DNA of 63,549 nt, filler included, from Octopus bimaculoides (lineage: Eukaryota): assembly GCF_001194135.2 (NCBI RefSeq). It is 3 parts of 3 records of this genome, joined end to end, with 100 filler letters (N's around TTAATTAATTAA, not from the genome) between each part and the next. Parts side by side here need not be neighbours in the genome. Positions count along the whole stretch, not along the records: positions 1 to 30,409 come from NC_068985.1; 2 more parts are not named here. One strand, given 5' to 3'. The notes beneath the pieces were generated by a model. It did no database searches, was not told the origin of the DNA, and saw nothing but the letters and a program-made list of their open reading frames with translations. Of this stretch, positions 1-11,360 are shown one piece after another. Made by a program: the position numbers and the translations under genes. The first letter of the stretch is position 1, and every line of letters starts with the position of its first letter.

Positions 1-53
<53 letters not shown>

Positions 54-551
54 GTATGTATGTATATGTATACAGGTAAAGGAACGGGTAATATAGTATA
101 GTACAACGAAATAAACAAATTAATTAATCTAGCGGAATTTCACAGGAGAGCAATAAAAATAGAAAATTAAGGAGTCATCTCCCCTATAATAACAGAAAGA
201 TGAACTGTAACGGGATTTTAATAATTTAATGAATTAATATGATCGTTATGTATGTGTTTTTTCGCGTTTTTCGTGTTTTGTTCAGATGGTAACCACTCCT
301 GAAGAAGTGCCAAATATCAAAATCCAATGGACCAGTCACTGGATAAATTTGGCACAGAAATGTTGACATAGAGTGGTGAATAAATCGATATATCGAGTTT
401 GAAGTCTCTGTCTCTTTTGAATATGCAAATTTAAAAGTTAAAAACCTTATAATATAAATATGAACTGTGAGAACGACCCTTAAGGAATCTAGTTAATGAT
501 CCCCTAAGGTAAGTTCTTATGCTATATTGGTAACGGTTGCTATATCCTCTG

Positions 552-582
<31 letters not shown>

Positions 583-1026
583 NNNNNNNNNNNNNNNNNN
601 NNNNNNNNNNNNNNNNNNNNNNNNNNNNNNNNNNNNNNNNNNNNNNNNNNNNNNNNNNNNNNNNNNNNNNNNNNNNNNNNNNNNNNNNNNNNNNNNNNNN
701 NNNNNNNNNNNNNNNNNNNNNNNNNNNNNNNNNNNNNNNNNNNNNNNNNNNNNNNNNNNNNNNNNNNNNNNNNNNNNNNNNNNNNNNNNNNNNNNNNNNN
801 NNNNNNNNNNNNNNNNNNNNNNNNNNNNNNNNNNNNNNNNNNNNNNNNNNNNNNNNNNNNNNNNNNNNNNNNNNNNNNNNNNNNNNNNNNNNNNNNNNNN
901 NNNNNNNNNNNNNNNNNNNNNNNNNNNNNNNNNNNNNNNNNNNNNNNNNNNNNNNNNNNNNNNNNNNNNNNNNNNNNNNNNNNNNNNNNNNNNNNNNNNN
1001 NNNNNNNNNNNNNNNATACACACACA

Positions 1027-1420
1027 CAGGGTGTCCCAAAAGTCCCAATTTTTAATAACTTCCTTAACTTTACAAATAAATGCATGAAATTTTGATACAA
1101 TATAAAGGACATAATGGAAATTAATATGCACAGGTCAAATTTTACAACACCACTACATCACATAAGAAAAATGACATCGCTTAAATGGCAGCCATTTTCG
1201 GCTTCGCACGCTCATGCTCTTTTCAAAACTTGCACCATAACACCCTCAAGAGTTTCAGACCTCGTTTCTCCGATTTCTCTATTGATGTTCTCCTTCAGCT
1301 GCATCAGGGTCCCTCGTTAATTGGCATAAACCCTCTCGTTCGGATATCCTCACGTCTGGGGAAGTTAAAGGCCAGTTGACATTGCCGTAGCGGGAGATTA
1401 TTCTCTCCCACAAAGCACGA
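1027..1420 (-). mobile_element. Tc1/mariner-superfamily transposon 3' remnant with terminal inverted repeat
   Basis: Terminus CAGGGTGTCCCAAAAGT at 1027. Degenerate minus-strand translation LWERIISRYGNVNWP ... EAENGCHLSDVIF resembles the C-terminus of Tc1/mariner transposases. Confidence 0.65.
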
Positions 1421-1559
1421 ACAAAGTCAACAAGTATTGAAGAGGTTACAAGAAGCAACGAAAATTTAAAAAATAAGAAATAAGCAAATGAGTGGAAATC
1501 GAACCGGTGAGTGTGTTAATTAAGGCATTAAAACAGAATGACTCTCCCTAGATCCAACA

Positions 1560-1622
<63 letters not shown>

Positions 1623-1818
1623 TGTGTGTATGTGTGTGTATGTATATATATATATAGATATATATTTAGATATATATATTTATATATATATATATATATA
1701 CATATATATGTACCATATTATATTACGTATGCAATTATACACATATATATATATATACATATATGTATGTATGTGTGTATATATATATTTGTGTGTGTGT
1801 GTGTGTGTGCGCGCGCGC
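1560..1818. repeat. Compound (TG)n/(TA)n microsatellite
   Basis: Direct observation. Confidence 0.95.
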
Positions 1819-2329
1819 GTGTGTAAATCCATTTAAGGGGAACACTTCAGAATGCTTAGCTTACGAACCTTGTTGACATAATATATGAGAAAATAATCTA
1901 TCAATACGTTTGTGTATGTATGGTTTTGAGTGTTTGTATGAGTGTGTGTGAGTGTGTGAGTGTGTGAGTGCTTATGTATGTCTGCATGAGTGTGTGTGCG
2001 TGCATTTGTGTAATTGTATGCGCGTATAATTATATTTTGTGCGCATTTGTATTAAGCCTGAAGGTGCGTATGTATGTGAATTGTTTGGAGTGTATTTGTA
2101 AGATAAATATGTTTATGAAATACACTCAGAAACCGCCTATCTAATTGGCTGCAGGCCTTGGTTTACGGACCAGTGTTCTTGATGTGATATTTCTCAATTT
2201 CGTCATTGACCTAAAAAGAGCAAACAAAAAAAAAAGCATTACACACTAAGTAGTCAATCCTTCTTACAAACGTGTTTGCGCGTGCGTGTGTGTGTGTGTG
2301 CACATACATACGTGCATACATACATACAT

Positions 2330-2366
<37 letters not shown>

Positions 2367-2588
2367 NNNNNNNNNNNNNNNNNNNNNNNNNNNNNNNNNN
2401 NNNNNNNNNNNNNNNNNNNNNNNNNNNNNNNNNNNNNNNNNNNNNNNNNNNNNNNNNNNNNNNNNNNNNNNNNNNNNNNNNNNNNNNNNNNNNNNNNNNN
2501 NNNNNNNNNNNNNNNNTATATATAATATATATGCACCAGCATGACCGCAGCCACTTGGCTGAAACACATAAATAAAAAAAATAAATAA

Positions 2589-2626
<38 letters not shown>

Positions 2627-2724
2627 AATATAGATATATGTAGTTTATTCATACCATATAAGTATCTAACCCTCTACTTCTCTTAACTCCTGGCTTTCCC
2701 CGTCCCTAGAAATGCACACGCACA

Positions 2725-2726
<2 letters not shown>

Positions 2727-2757
<31 letters not shown>

Positions 2758-2802
2758 ATCTTCCTCTCTATATATACACACGTATATGTCTCTGTCTATC
2801 TG

Positions 2803-2877
<75 letters not shown>

Positions 2878-2925
2878 CTATATATATGTAGATACAGCGA
2901 GGTGGAGATAAATTGACACACAGCC

Positions 2926-2971
<46 letters not shown>
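2727..2971. repeat. Compound (TATC)n/(CT)n/(TA)n/(TG)n/(GATA)n microsatellite
   Basis: Direct observation. Confidence 0.95.
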
Positions 2972-2972
<1 letters not shown>

Positions 2973-3528
2973 AATCAGAGGAGAAGGAGGGGTCTTATGA
3001 CCATGGAAATACAAAATTAAGCACGGTCTTGTGTGCTTTCCATGAAGCACAAAAGCATCAGTACAAGTGAAGCGACTAAAAATAATGCGTAGTATAGCCA
3101 TACATGCATACAACATCTCTCAGAGAATAAAGATAAATGGATTAACATTAAAAGTGATATACTTCATTATGTCCTATTACAACATACTGAGCACTATGTT
3201 GACATTAACCTTCATCTAATTATATATAAGAGATTTTGTGTGTTTGTGTGTGCGTTTGTGTTAGTGTATGTATGTTTGTGTGCGCACTTGCGTGTGCGTA
3301 TGTTCCTTATGCATCGGAACACTGAGTTGCCGATCTTGACGTTTGGCATATCAAAAGATTCAGTAATCTTTCTGCTACCTAATAAACTTTATTTTCATTT
3401 ATATATTTTCTACATCACCTCAACAACCAGCTATAGTTATTTGAAAGACCCTGCTCTACAGCGACCAGGTTTCATTTGAAAGTGAAAATGGTTTCACACT
3501 TTCAATTTGTACCAAAATTACAAAGCTC

Positions 3529-3689
3529 TTTATTTACATTATTTACATTTGATGGATATTTGTCCTCATGTTGTTTGTTGTTAATACAACGTTTCGACTG
3601 AAAAACCCTACGGCCTTCGTCAGGTGTCTTGGGGAAATTTCGAACCTGGGTTCTCATTCCTAAGTTATTTTTCCATGATGTTGTTGTTG

Positions 3690-3742
<53 letters not shown>
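3529..3742 (-). mobile_element. Short non-autonomous retroelement copy 1: (AAT)n + body + hammerhead motif + (AATGTAAAT)n tail; 5' end lost in the N-gap
   Basis: Body and tail are near-identical in reverse complement to 3900-4030 (ggggaaattt.gaacc.gggtt.cattc; gacaaatatcc.tcaaatgtaaata). Confidence 0.65.
3583..3628 (-). ncRNA. Minimal type I hammerhead ribozyme-like motif (Penelope-type), slightly degenerate
   Basis: Minus strand reads GACAC-CTGACGA-A-GGCCG-TAGGGTTTTT-CAGTC-GAAAC-GTT-GTATT. It has the CUGANGA and GAAA core boxes, stem II GGCCG/CAGTC (one G-U, one mismatch), palindromic stem III (AACGTT), a GUU cleavage triplet and stem I GACAC/GTATT (one mismatch). Confidence 0.7.
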
Positions 3743-3807
3743 NNNNNNNNNNNNNNNNNNNNNNNNNNNNNNNNNNNNNNNNNNNNNNNNNNNNNNNNNN
3801 NNNNNNN

Positions 3808-3885
3808 AGTGGTTAAGAGCGCGAGCCACTAACCCCAAGATTCCGAGTTCGATTCCATGCAGTGGTCTGAATAATAATAATAATG

Positions 3886-3928
<43 letters not shown>

Positions 3929-4032
3929 CAACATCGAAAAATACTTTACGAATGGGAACCCAGGGTTCAAAATTTCCCCAAAGAGGATGAAGACAAATAT
4001 CCGTCAAATGTAAATAATGTAAATAATGTACA
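3808..4032 (+). mobile_element. Copy 2 of the same element: tRNA-like head + (AAT)n + body + tail, hammerhead segment missing
   Basis: AGTGGTTAAG (partial A-box-like) at 3808 and B-box GTTCGATTCC at 3847-3856. Then (AAT)n, shared body, junction ccccaa|agaggatgaagacaaatatcc and the same tail as copy 1. Confidence 0.65.
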
Positions 4033-5858
4033 TAATTCCTCATCTCTTAAACATAGAACTGTAAAATTACAAAGTGTTGCATTACAAGAGTGACGATTTG
4101 TGAATAATGAAAATAATGTTTCTCTGAATATACTATAATAAAGAAAGCTGCTTTTCATCTATCTATATATATATAAAGGCTACCAAATGAACTATGGTTT
4201 TGGCACAAGGCACAAGAACTCTTTTTTACTACGAAAATAATGTCGGAAATGAAGTCGAGTCGCACAATTTTCGATGAAACAATACATAGTTTGTGGTCCT
4301 TCTTAAGAACAGAAAATATTCATGCAAACCCATGCAAACTGTATCCTCCTCCTCATTCACTTTTAAACAAACAATAACTTCCGTTATGTCAGTAATCTAG
4401 TTCACTATATATCAGCTGTGCCTATTCTGCCCATAAGAAAGGAACAAATAAAACAATGTGGCTGTAGACCATTACAGCCGGGCAACAACAGGATGCATCG
4501 CTAATATATCAATAAAATATAGAACCGCATATATTTCAAGTCTTGATTAAATAACATTATATATCTAAAACTGAAAATGGAGAACGCCAGAAAACTGCGG
4601 TTGTCGTTTCGAGAAAGTAATTTTTATAGACGTACGGTGTTAAAAGTGACAGAGTATATCAGTAGCTGAAGAAATGCGTCAAGCTAAATGAGTGTATTCA
4701 GTGGCAAATATTCACTAGCAAGCGCATGATTAGACAAATTTAGTCTCTACTGATATAGGAAAACTGATTAACAAAACACTGGAGTTGCAAATAGGAGGCA
4801 GGCTGGGTAAAAATTTGTTCTTAGCAACTAAAACAATATTAGTTCAAAATAGCATTCCGTATATCTTACTTAACCTGGATATATTGTAGAAAGCTAGACA
4901 CATTCCTCTATTTTTGGCTCTAAACGTCTATACGAGATACTTTCTAGTGACGAATAACGCAGTTTTCTGACTTTCTATCGTACAAAATATAAAATATATT
5001 TTGAACTAATACTTCTTTCGTCACTAATAACGCGTCTAATACTATATTCAATATCCCCTTTGCAAAGTAGAGAACTCTATAATGTTAATCTACATCCGGC
5101 TATTCATAAAGAAATGTTGGGAATAAACGTGTATTCAATTTATTTTAATCGTTCTACTGGTTCAGTTACGTTTCGTTTAGAATGCCAAAAGAATGACATC
5201 CATCCTACATTAATTGATATACGTATGACCATAAGACCTCTTTCTCTACTGATGATTGAGTGTGTAACACATGAAACATTGAGATCGCACTCTGTCATGC
5301 ATAATGTTGTTTCCAGTATATTTAGAAGTTTATCTCTATGCATATAATTACTATTTAAAACTCAAGTTTTCTTTAGTGGTCTCCTGCTCGACGATTTAAT
5401 CAGTTAAAAAAAGAATGCGGGCATCCAAGTGAAAAGAGATTGTAGAATGTTCATATCGTTCTTAAGTTTAGTGAAGTGAATTTGAAATAATACGGTGTGA
5501 ACCAGGAACGAAATCATTTTCTAAACTTGGCTCGCCGAACCTTACACCTTGTTTTGTAACACATAGCGTTTGAGCTAGTTAATACTAAGAAACCAAATCC
5601 ACCAAACTTAACATGCAGTTCAATAAAACACAGTCTCTTCTTATCAGGAGATAAGAGAACAGCTGTAAATATGTATTTCTACTTCAATAAACGTCATCAG
5701 TACACCAGCTATTATACAAACGCACGCACATACACGCATATTTCAAGATATTTTTTGATACATAAGTCGACGAACATTGGCTAACTAAAGGATGCGCGGT
5801 ATGTGCAGAATGTACTATGTACATAGTAAACACACATCTCATTCTCCTATAAAATGTA

Positions 5859-6062
5859 AAGGCGGCGAACAGGCAGAGACGTTAGCACGCCGGGCGAAAT
5901 GCTTAGCGGTATTTCGTCTGTCTTTACGTTCTGAGTTCAAATTCCGCCGAGGACAACTTTGCCTTTCATTCTTTCGGGGTCGATCAATTGCGTACTGGGG
6001 TCGATCTAATCGACTGGCACTCCTCCCCCAAAATTTCGGGCCTTGTGCCTAGAGTAGAAAAG
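5859..6062 (+). mobile_element. tRNA-derived SINE family B (Deu/Nin-domain-like, about 200 bp)
   Basis: Head aaggcggcga...gttctgagttcaaattccgccgagg (B-box), centre ctttgcctttcat.ctttcggggtcgat, resembling the Deu/Nin core. Confidence 0.8.
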
Positions 6063-6552
6063 ATTCTCCCATACATGTACGTACACCGAGCACGCCCGTG
6101 CGCCTGAACGCCCGCACGAGCGCCTGCGCATGCATATACATTTGGTCTTTCCTATCGATTTTGGCGTATGAGCATCTAGTTGTTCGATCAACTGAACGAT
6201 TTACCCATTGAATTAGGAGTGCTATATGGCTGAGTATTCCGGCGACACGTGTACATGGAATTTAATTTTTCAAGTAGAATTAGCGTGGCACAGTGAGAAT
6301 GAGTAGATGTTTCCACCTACTCAAATTTACTCATAAGCCTTGGGCCAATTTGAGGTTCAAATAAAGACCTTAACTAAGATGCCACATAGTGAGATCGAAC
6401 CCGAGATTATGAAGTAAGTAATTCGACTTCTTTCACTTATCAATCAAGTGTCTAAGAGGAACAATAGCCCAAACAACCAAGGATGTAATGAAAAACAGAG
6501 TAGTGATAAATTCCGATTATGAAAGGGTCTATTTCAAAAATGGTATTAGAAG

Positions 6553-7689
6553 GAGGTGCATTCCAGAAATTTTGAGATATATTTTTGTTTCGGAGAGGCA
6601 GTTATAATTGTCCAGGTTATTGTAATATTACTATATTATCAAGGCGGTAAGCTAACAGAATGCTTAGCATGTCGGGCAAAATGCTTAGCAGCATTTCGTC
6701 CGTCTTTTCGTTCTGAGTTCAAATTCCGCTGAGACCGACTTTGCCTTTAATCCTTTCGATATCGATAAAATAAATACCAGTTGAACATTGGGGTCGATGT
6801 AATCGATTTATCCCACTCGCAAAATTGCTGGCTTTGTGCTAAAATTTGAAATCAATATTAGAATATCGTCACTATATATCTAATAAGTTACCCTACCAAC
6901 TTTTGCTATTTCAGGTTGAAAGAGACGACTATAACAGTACTTTGAACATTTTTTAACTAAACATTACTTGTCACAGTTGGCAAGTTTGCAAAATGCAGTC
7001 GGAACGTTTGGAAACTCGCTATGCGATAAAGTTTTGTGCTAAATAGGGCGAAAACACTAGAGAAATTTATGAAATTCTCCAGATTACAAATGGATTAACT
7101 TTTTCGCTGGCCCCAGAGGTTGAATGACGGTGGAGAGGTGGTGAGAGACGATGTACAGTGTAGGAGTGGGTTGAGAAAATTCACAATTTTCTGGATGAAG
7201 ATGTCTATGTGTCTCTCTGAAGATAATAAGCGCAGAGATTGTAGTTGGGGTGACAACTGTACACCTAATGATTCATGAAGATCTAAACGCGCACAAAATT
7301 TATGCAAAGTTTTTTCGTTTCCCCTCCTTCCAGGGTGCACAATGCCGAGCATACAAGTAACCAAATACTAGGCAGAGATGGGCAGCAAAACTGGCCCTCA
7401 CCCTCTCTACATTCCTGATCTTGCTCCGTGTGCCAATTGGTTGTTTCCGAAGCTGAAGGAGGACTTCGGGGACAGTCGTTTTGAGGACACTGAGATGAAA
7501 GCGGCTGAGGCAAGGGTCCTGGACACCTTCATTTTGGAGGACTTCCATGGGACCTTCTCCGACTGGAGTGCTGCAACAATTACGTTGAAATCAGAGGATC
7601 CAGATTTGGAGGAGATAACAGTTTTGTACTTCTTGGAAATTAATAAACGTTTTTTCCCCAAAAAAGTCTGAAAACCTCTGGAATGAACT
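6553..7689 (+). mobile_element. Degenerate mariner element with imperfect TIRs, interrupted by a SINE
   Basis: Left gaggtgcattccagaaattttgaga (6553) is an imperfect inverted match to tctgaaaacctctggaatgaact (7667-7689). N-terminal SERLETRYAIKFCAK near 7000. HPLYIPDLAPCANWLFPKLK at about 7399 corresponds to the mariner HPPYSPDLAP motif. Confidence 0.75.
6641..6855 (+). mobile_element. SINE family B nested in the mariner element
   Basis: Same head and core as 5859-6062. Confidence 0.8.
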
Positions 7690-8023
7690 AATTGTTTCAT
7701 GATGTCGACATTCTGTCTCCTCAATAAACAGTAACAATATGTGCATAGGTTGTATTATATGAACATGTACACTGATGGTTCTCTCAACACCCTCACCCCC
7801 GCCGCCAACCACCCATTCCTATCACACAAACAAATCTTTCTAGTGTTAAGTAAAAACCGAAGTCGAAGCTAGCCATAAACACCTTCGGCAACAATGACTT
7901 TTGATAATTGTAAACTGAATCAATAACATAAACAGAAAGAATCAAACACTTAAAATATATAATTACACACATACGTACACATTCATATCTACATACATAC
8001 ACATACAGATATATAAACATATA

Positions 8024-8059
<36 letters not shown>

Positions 8060-8479
8060 CATGTCTCTTAAAGGATAGAGCTCAAAATCAATGCATATAT
8101 ATATATATATATATATAATTACATNNNNNNNNNNNNNNNNNNNNNNNNNNNNNNNNNNNNNNNNNNNNNNNNNNNNNNNNNNNNNNNNNNNNNNNNNNNN
8201 NNNNNNNNNNNNNNNNNNNNNNNNNNNNNNNNNNNNNNNNNNNNNNNNNNNNNNNNNNNNNNNNNNNNNNNNNNNNNNNNNNNNNNNNNNNNNNNNNNNN
8301 NNNNNNNNNNNNNNNNNNNNNNNNNNNNNNNNNNNNNNNNNNNNNNNNNNNNNNNNNNNNNNNNNNNNNNNNNNNNNNNNNNNNNNNNNNNNNNNNNNNN
8401 NNNNNNNNNNNNNNNNNNNNNNNNNNNNNNNNNNNNNNNNNNNNNNNNNNNNNNNNNNNNNNNNNNNNNNNNNNNNCAG

Positions 8480-9257
8480 TTAACAGTCTTTTTCTTTATA
8501 CATCAAACAAATACATTTCTTGGAAGAATATTTGTAACAAACCTTTGCTGTACTCAATTCCTTTCTTTCACAAAACTCACTATAATCCAAGAGGTAAACA
8601 ACTGACTACTGCTATCTCTTTTTGGCTGCCAGTATCCCATCTCTCTGTCCCTCTCTCTCTCTCTGGGACTCTATGCATTTCTGCTGACCATAGCTTTCTT
8701 TCTGTCAGACTTATTCTTCATCTTCATCTCTGTACAACTGCTTCGGACGACCGCTACCACTCTGGCTATCTCTTTCTCATCTTCACTTCATCTAACTCGA
8801 CTGGCCCCATCTCCACGGGCAAACTGCTGTCCCCAACTGCTTCGGCTGGCTGCTACAACTCGACTGGCCAAAATTCTCTGCTAACTCTTTGGCCGACTGC
8901 TTTCGCGCCAATTCCTGTTCTCCTATTCATCCCAAATACCNNNNNNNNNNCTGTCAGACTTATTCTTCATCTTCATCTCTGTATAACTGCTTCGGACGAC
9001 CGCTACCACACTGGCTATCTCTTTCTCATCTTCACTTCATCTAACTCGACTGGCCCCATCTCCACGGGCAAACTGCTGTCCCCAACTGCTTCGGCTGGCT
9101 GCTACAACTCGACTGGCCAAAATTCTCTGCTAACTCTTTGGCCGACTGCTTTCGCGCCAATTCCTGTTCTCCTATTCATCCCAAATACCATAGCTCATAG
9201 TGCTACTCTACCCCCTCCCAAGATGGGTCGGTCGGTACAAATCCTATCCTGCCTTTG
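8480..9257. repeat. GC-richer repeat, possibly LTR-derived, abutting the CR1 remnant
   Basis: Abrupt composition change where the CR1 reading frame breaks (about 9257); no recognisable protein motif. Family assignment is a guess. Confidence 0.3.
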
Positions 9258-10660
9258 ATGAACCTTGAAACTTATGTTCAGGTCGTTTGGGCAATGCTGG
9301 TGGTATATTCTCCACATCGCACAGATGATGTACCGCTCGCGGCGGCGCTGGAGAGAGTAGAGTTTCAAGGCTTTAATGCGGTCCCAGTAATCGAGATCAG
9401 TCATGCTTTCAATTCGTTTAGTGAGTGCCCTCTGGGGTGATTGAATCCTTGAGATGTTTTGTTTTGTATGGGGAGACCACAATGGGCAGCAGTATTCGAG
9501 GTGTGGCCGTACAAAGGAGGAGAAAAGTGGAATGATGACACCTTGTTCTCTGTACTGGAAGGTTCTTAAGATCCAATAGTTCATCCTACGAGCCATATTG
9601 ACCTTATTGTTGATGTGGGTACACCAATTGATATTTTTGTCAACAATTACACCCAGATCTCTGATATTATTGGATGCCGTGAGCGGTTCCCCTGAAGGAA
9701 GTAAATATGGCTGCTTTAATATAGACTCTCTTCCAAAATGCATTAGCTCAAATTTTCCCTCGTTTAGTTGCATTTTGTTTTTATCTGCCCATTGACTCAC
9801 AGAACAATCCGGCAACATCAATCCGGACATTAACTGGCCCTCTCAGCTCAGTGCAATGTCCGGTCACACCACACAACTGCTGCGATGCCTCTGACAGCTC
9901 TAGATCCTGCAACACATCGGACCTCACAAAAGTCTGTCCCGAGGCCGAATCGATCACTAGAGAACACGTCCGACCGTTTACTTTTCCGTTCACTCGTAGG
10001 CTGTCAATCACAGACCCTGCATGCCGTCTCGAGTGTGGGGCTCCTTTGGAACGTCTGGCTGGTGGTTGCCCCTCAACACCAGCTCCTCTTCGTTTTCCGA
10101 CTCTATTTCTTGTTGGGCAGTCACAACTCAGGTGTCCCTTTNNNNNNNNNNTTGATGATTTGCTGGAGCTTAGTGTCATCAGCAAATATTTTCACTTTGC
10201 AGTGATTTACGACGCTGGAAAGGTCATTTAAGTAAATTATAAAGAGGAACGGGCCCAAGACAGTCCCCCGATGGACACCACTGGTGACTTTTGCTGGGCT
10301 TGAGTGGACTCCATTTACCACAACTTGTTGTGTTCTCTTCTCCAGGAAATACTTAATCCAGTGTAGAAGTTTTCCACGGATTCCAACATTTGTCAATTTT
10401 GAGAGTAAGATATTATAGTCAACCCTGTCGAAAGCTCTACTGAAGTCAAGATATATGACATCAGAGTTCGAACCTCTTCCCAAGGCTTTAAGTATATCTT
10501 CAAGGTGGTGTAAGAGCTGTGTTAGACAGTCCCTGCCACTGCGAAAGCCATACTGGTTTGCATTTAGGAGTTTGTGGGTCTCAAAGAAGTCAGCTATCCT
10601 TGATCTTACCACCCTTTCAAACACCTTTAATGATGTGGGAGGTGAGTGAGATTGGGCGAT
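9258..10660 (-). mobile_element. CR1/L2-group non-LTR retrotransposon ORF2 remnant (RT and C-terminal domain), 5'-truncated and interrupted
   Basis: QYGFRSGRDCLTQLL, YLDFSRAFDRVD, GTVLGPFLFIIYLND, FADDTKL (10150-10660) and IRDLGVIVD, RPHLEYCCPLWSPH, LKLYSLQRRRER (9260-9800). Confidence 0.9.
9806..10141 (-). mobile_element. Ty3/gypsy LTR-retrotransposon gag zinc-knuckle end and aspartic protease fragment
   Basis: KGHLSCDCP (end of a CCHC knuckle), then LRVNGKVNGRTCSLVIDSAS (retropepsin D-S-G-like motif) and LCGVTG. Confidence 0.75.
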
Positions 10661-10663
10661 AGT

Positions 10664-10702
<39 letters not shown>

Positions 10703-10704
<2 letters not shown>

Positions 10705-10858
10705 GACAGGCTTCTTTCAGTTTCCGTCTACCAAACCCACTCACAAGGCTTTGGTCGGCCCTAGGCTATAGTAGAAGACGTTTACTCAAGGTGCCACGCA
10801 GTAGGACTGAACCCAGAACCATGTGGTTAGTAAGCAAGCTACTTATCACGCAGACCTC
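10703..10858 (-). mobile_element. Short SINE family C (CORE-like)
   Basis: Minus strand gcgtggcaccttgagtaaacgtcttctactatagcc, similar to the CORE tgtgaccttgggcaagt motif; tail ...gaaactgaaagaagcc. Confidence 0.7.
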
Positions 10859-10864
10859 CTGTGC

Positions 10865-10898
<34 letters not shown>

Positions 10899-11054
10899 GT
10901 CTATCTGTCTGTCTATCTATCTATCTATCTATCTGTGCGGTTTTCATTCTTTGTAGTGATGGTCACTGTTAGCACGATATGGATGAATCAGCAGAAACCT
11001 CAAAACGCCTGGATATTGCATTGTATTAATATTCTTCTTCATTCTCTTCGTCGC

Positions 11055-11360
11055 CCTTTCAAAGCCTAGCCAGGCCCATGGGCCCGGTTTCCCGGTTTCT
11101 ATGGCGTATGTGTTCCCTCCAGCTGGACGGAACGCCAGTCCATCGCAGCGTTACTCAAGAAACAGGAAGAAAGAGTGAGAGAAAGTTGGGGTGAAAGAGT
11201 ACAACAGGGTTCGCCGCCACCACCCCCACCCTCTGCCGGAGCCTGGTGGAGCTCAGGTGTTTTCGCTCAATAAACACTCACAACGCCCGGTCTTGGAATC
11301 GAAACCGCGATCCTCCGACCACGAGTCCGCTGCCCTAACCACTGGGCCATTGCGCCTCCA
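11055..11360 (-). mobile_element. SINE with the family A head but a different, V-domain-like 3' half
   Basis: Matches family A up to ...cttcctgtttct, then reads tgagtaacgctgcgatggactggcgttccgtccagctgg...agaaaccgg. Confidence 0.75.

Noticed and set aside
517-1131. Long ORFs spanning N-runs (also at 2.2-2.6, 8.1-8.5, 12.4-13.0, 15.4-16.4, 18.3-19.0, 24.0-24.5, 38.4-39.0 and 40.0-40.3 kb)
   Set aside because: Open only because unknown bases translate as X; not evidence of coding.
1570-1836. ORFs made of CV/YI/HT/YLSI/MYVC repeats throughout the window
   Set aside because: Translations of di- and tetranucleotide microsatellites.
3624-4013. Poly-Leu/poly-Asn ORFs
   Set aside because: Translations of (ATT)n/(AAT)n tracts bridged by a gap.
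8701-9188. About 240-bp tandem duplication and the 237-aa ORF 8545-9258
   Set aside because: The copies differ at only about two positions and are separated by a 10-N gap; most likely unmerged overlap or haplotypes. The ORF has no recognisable motif.
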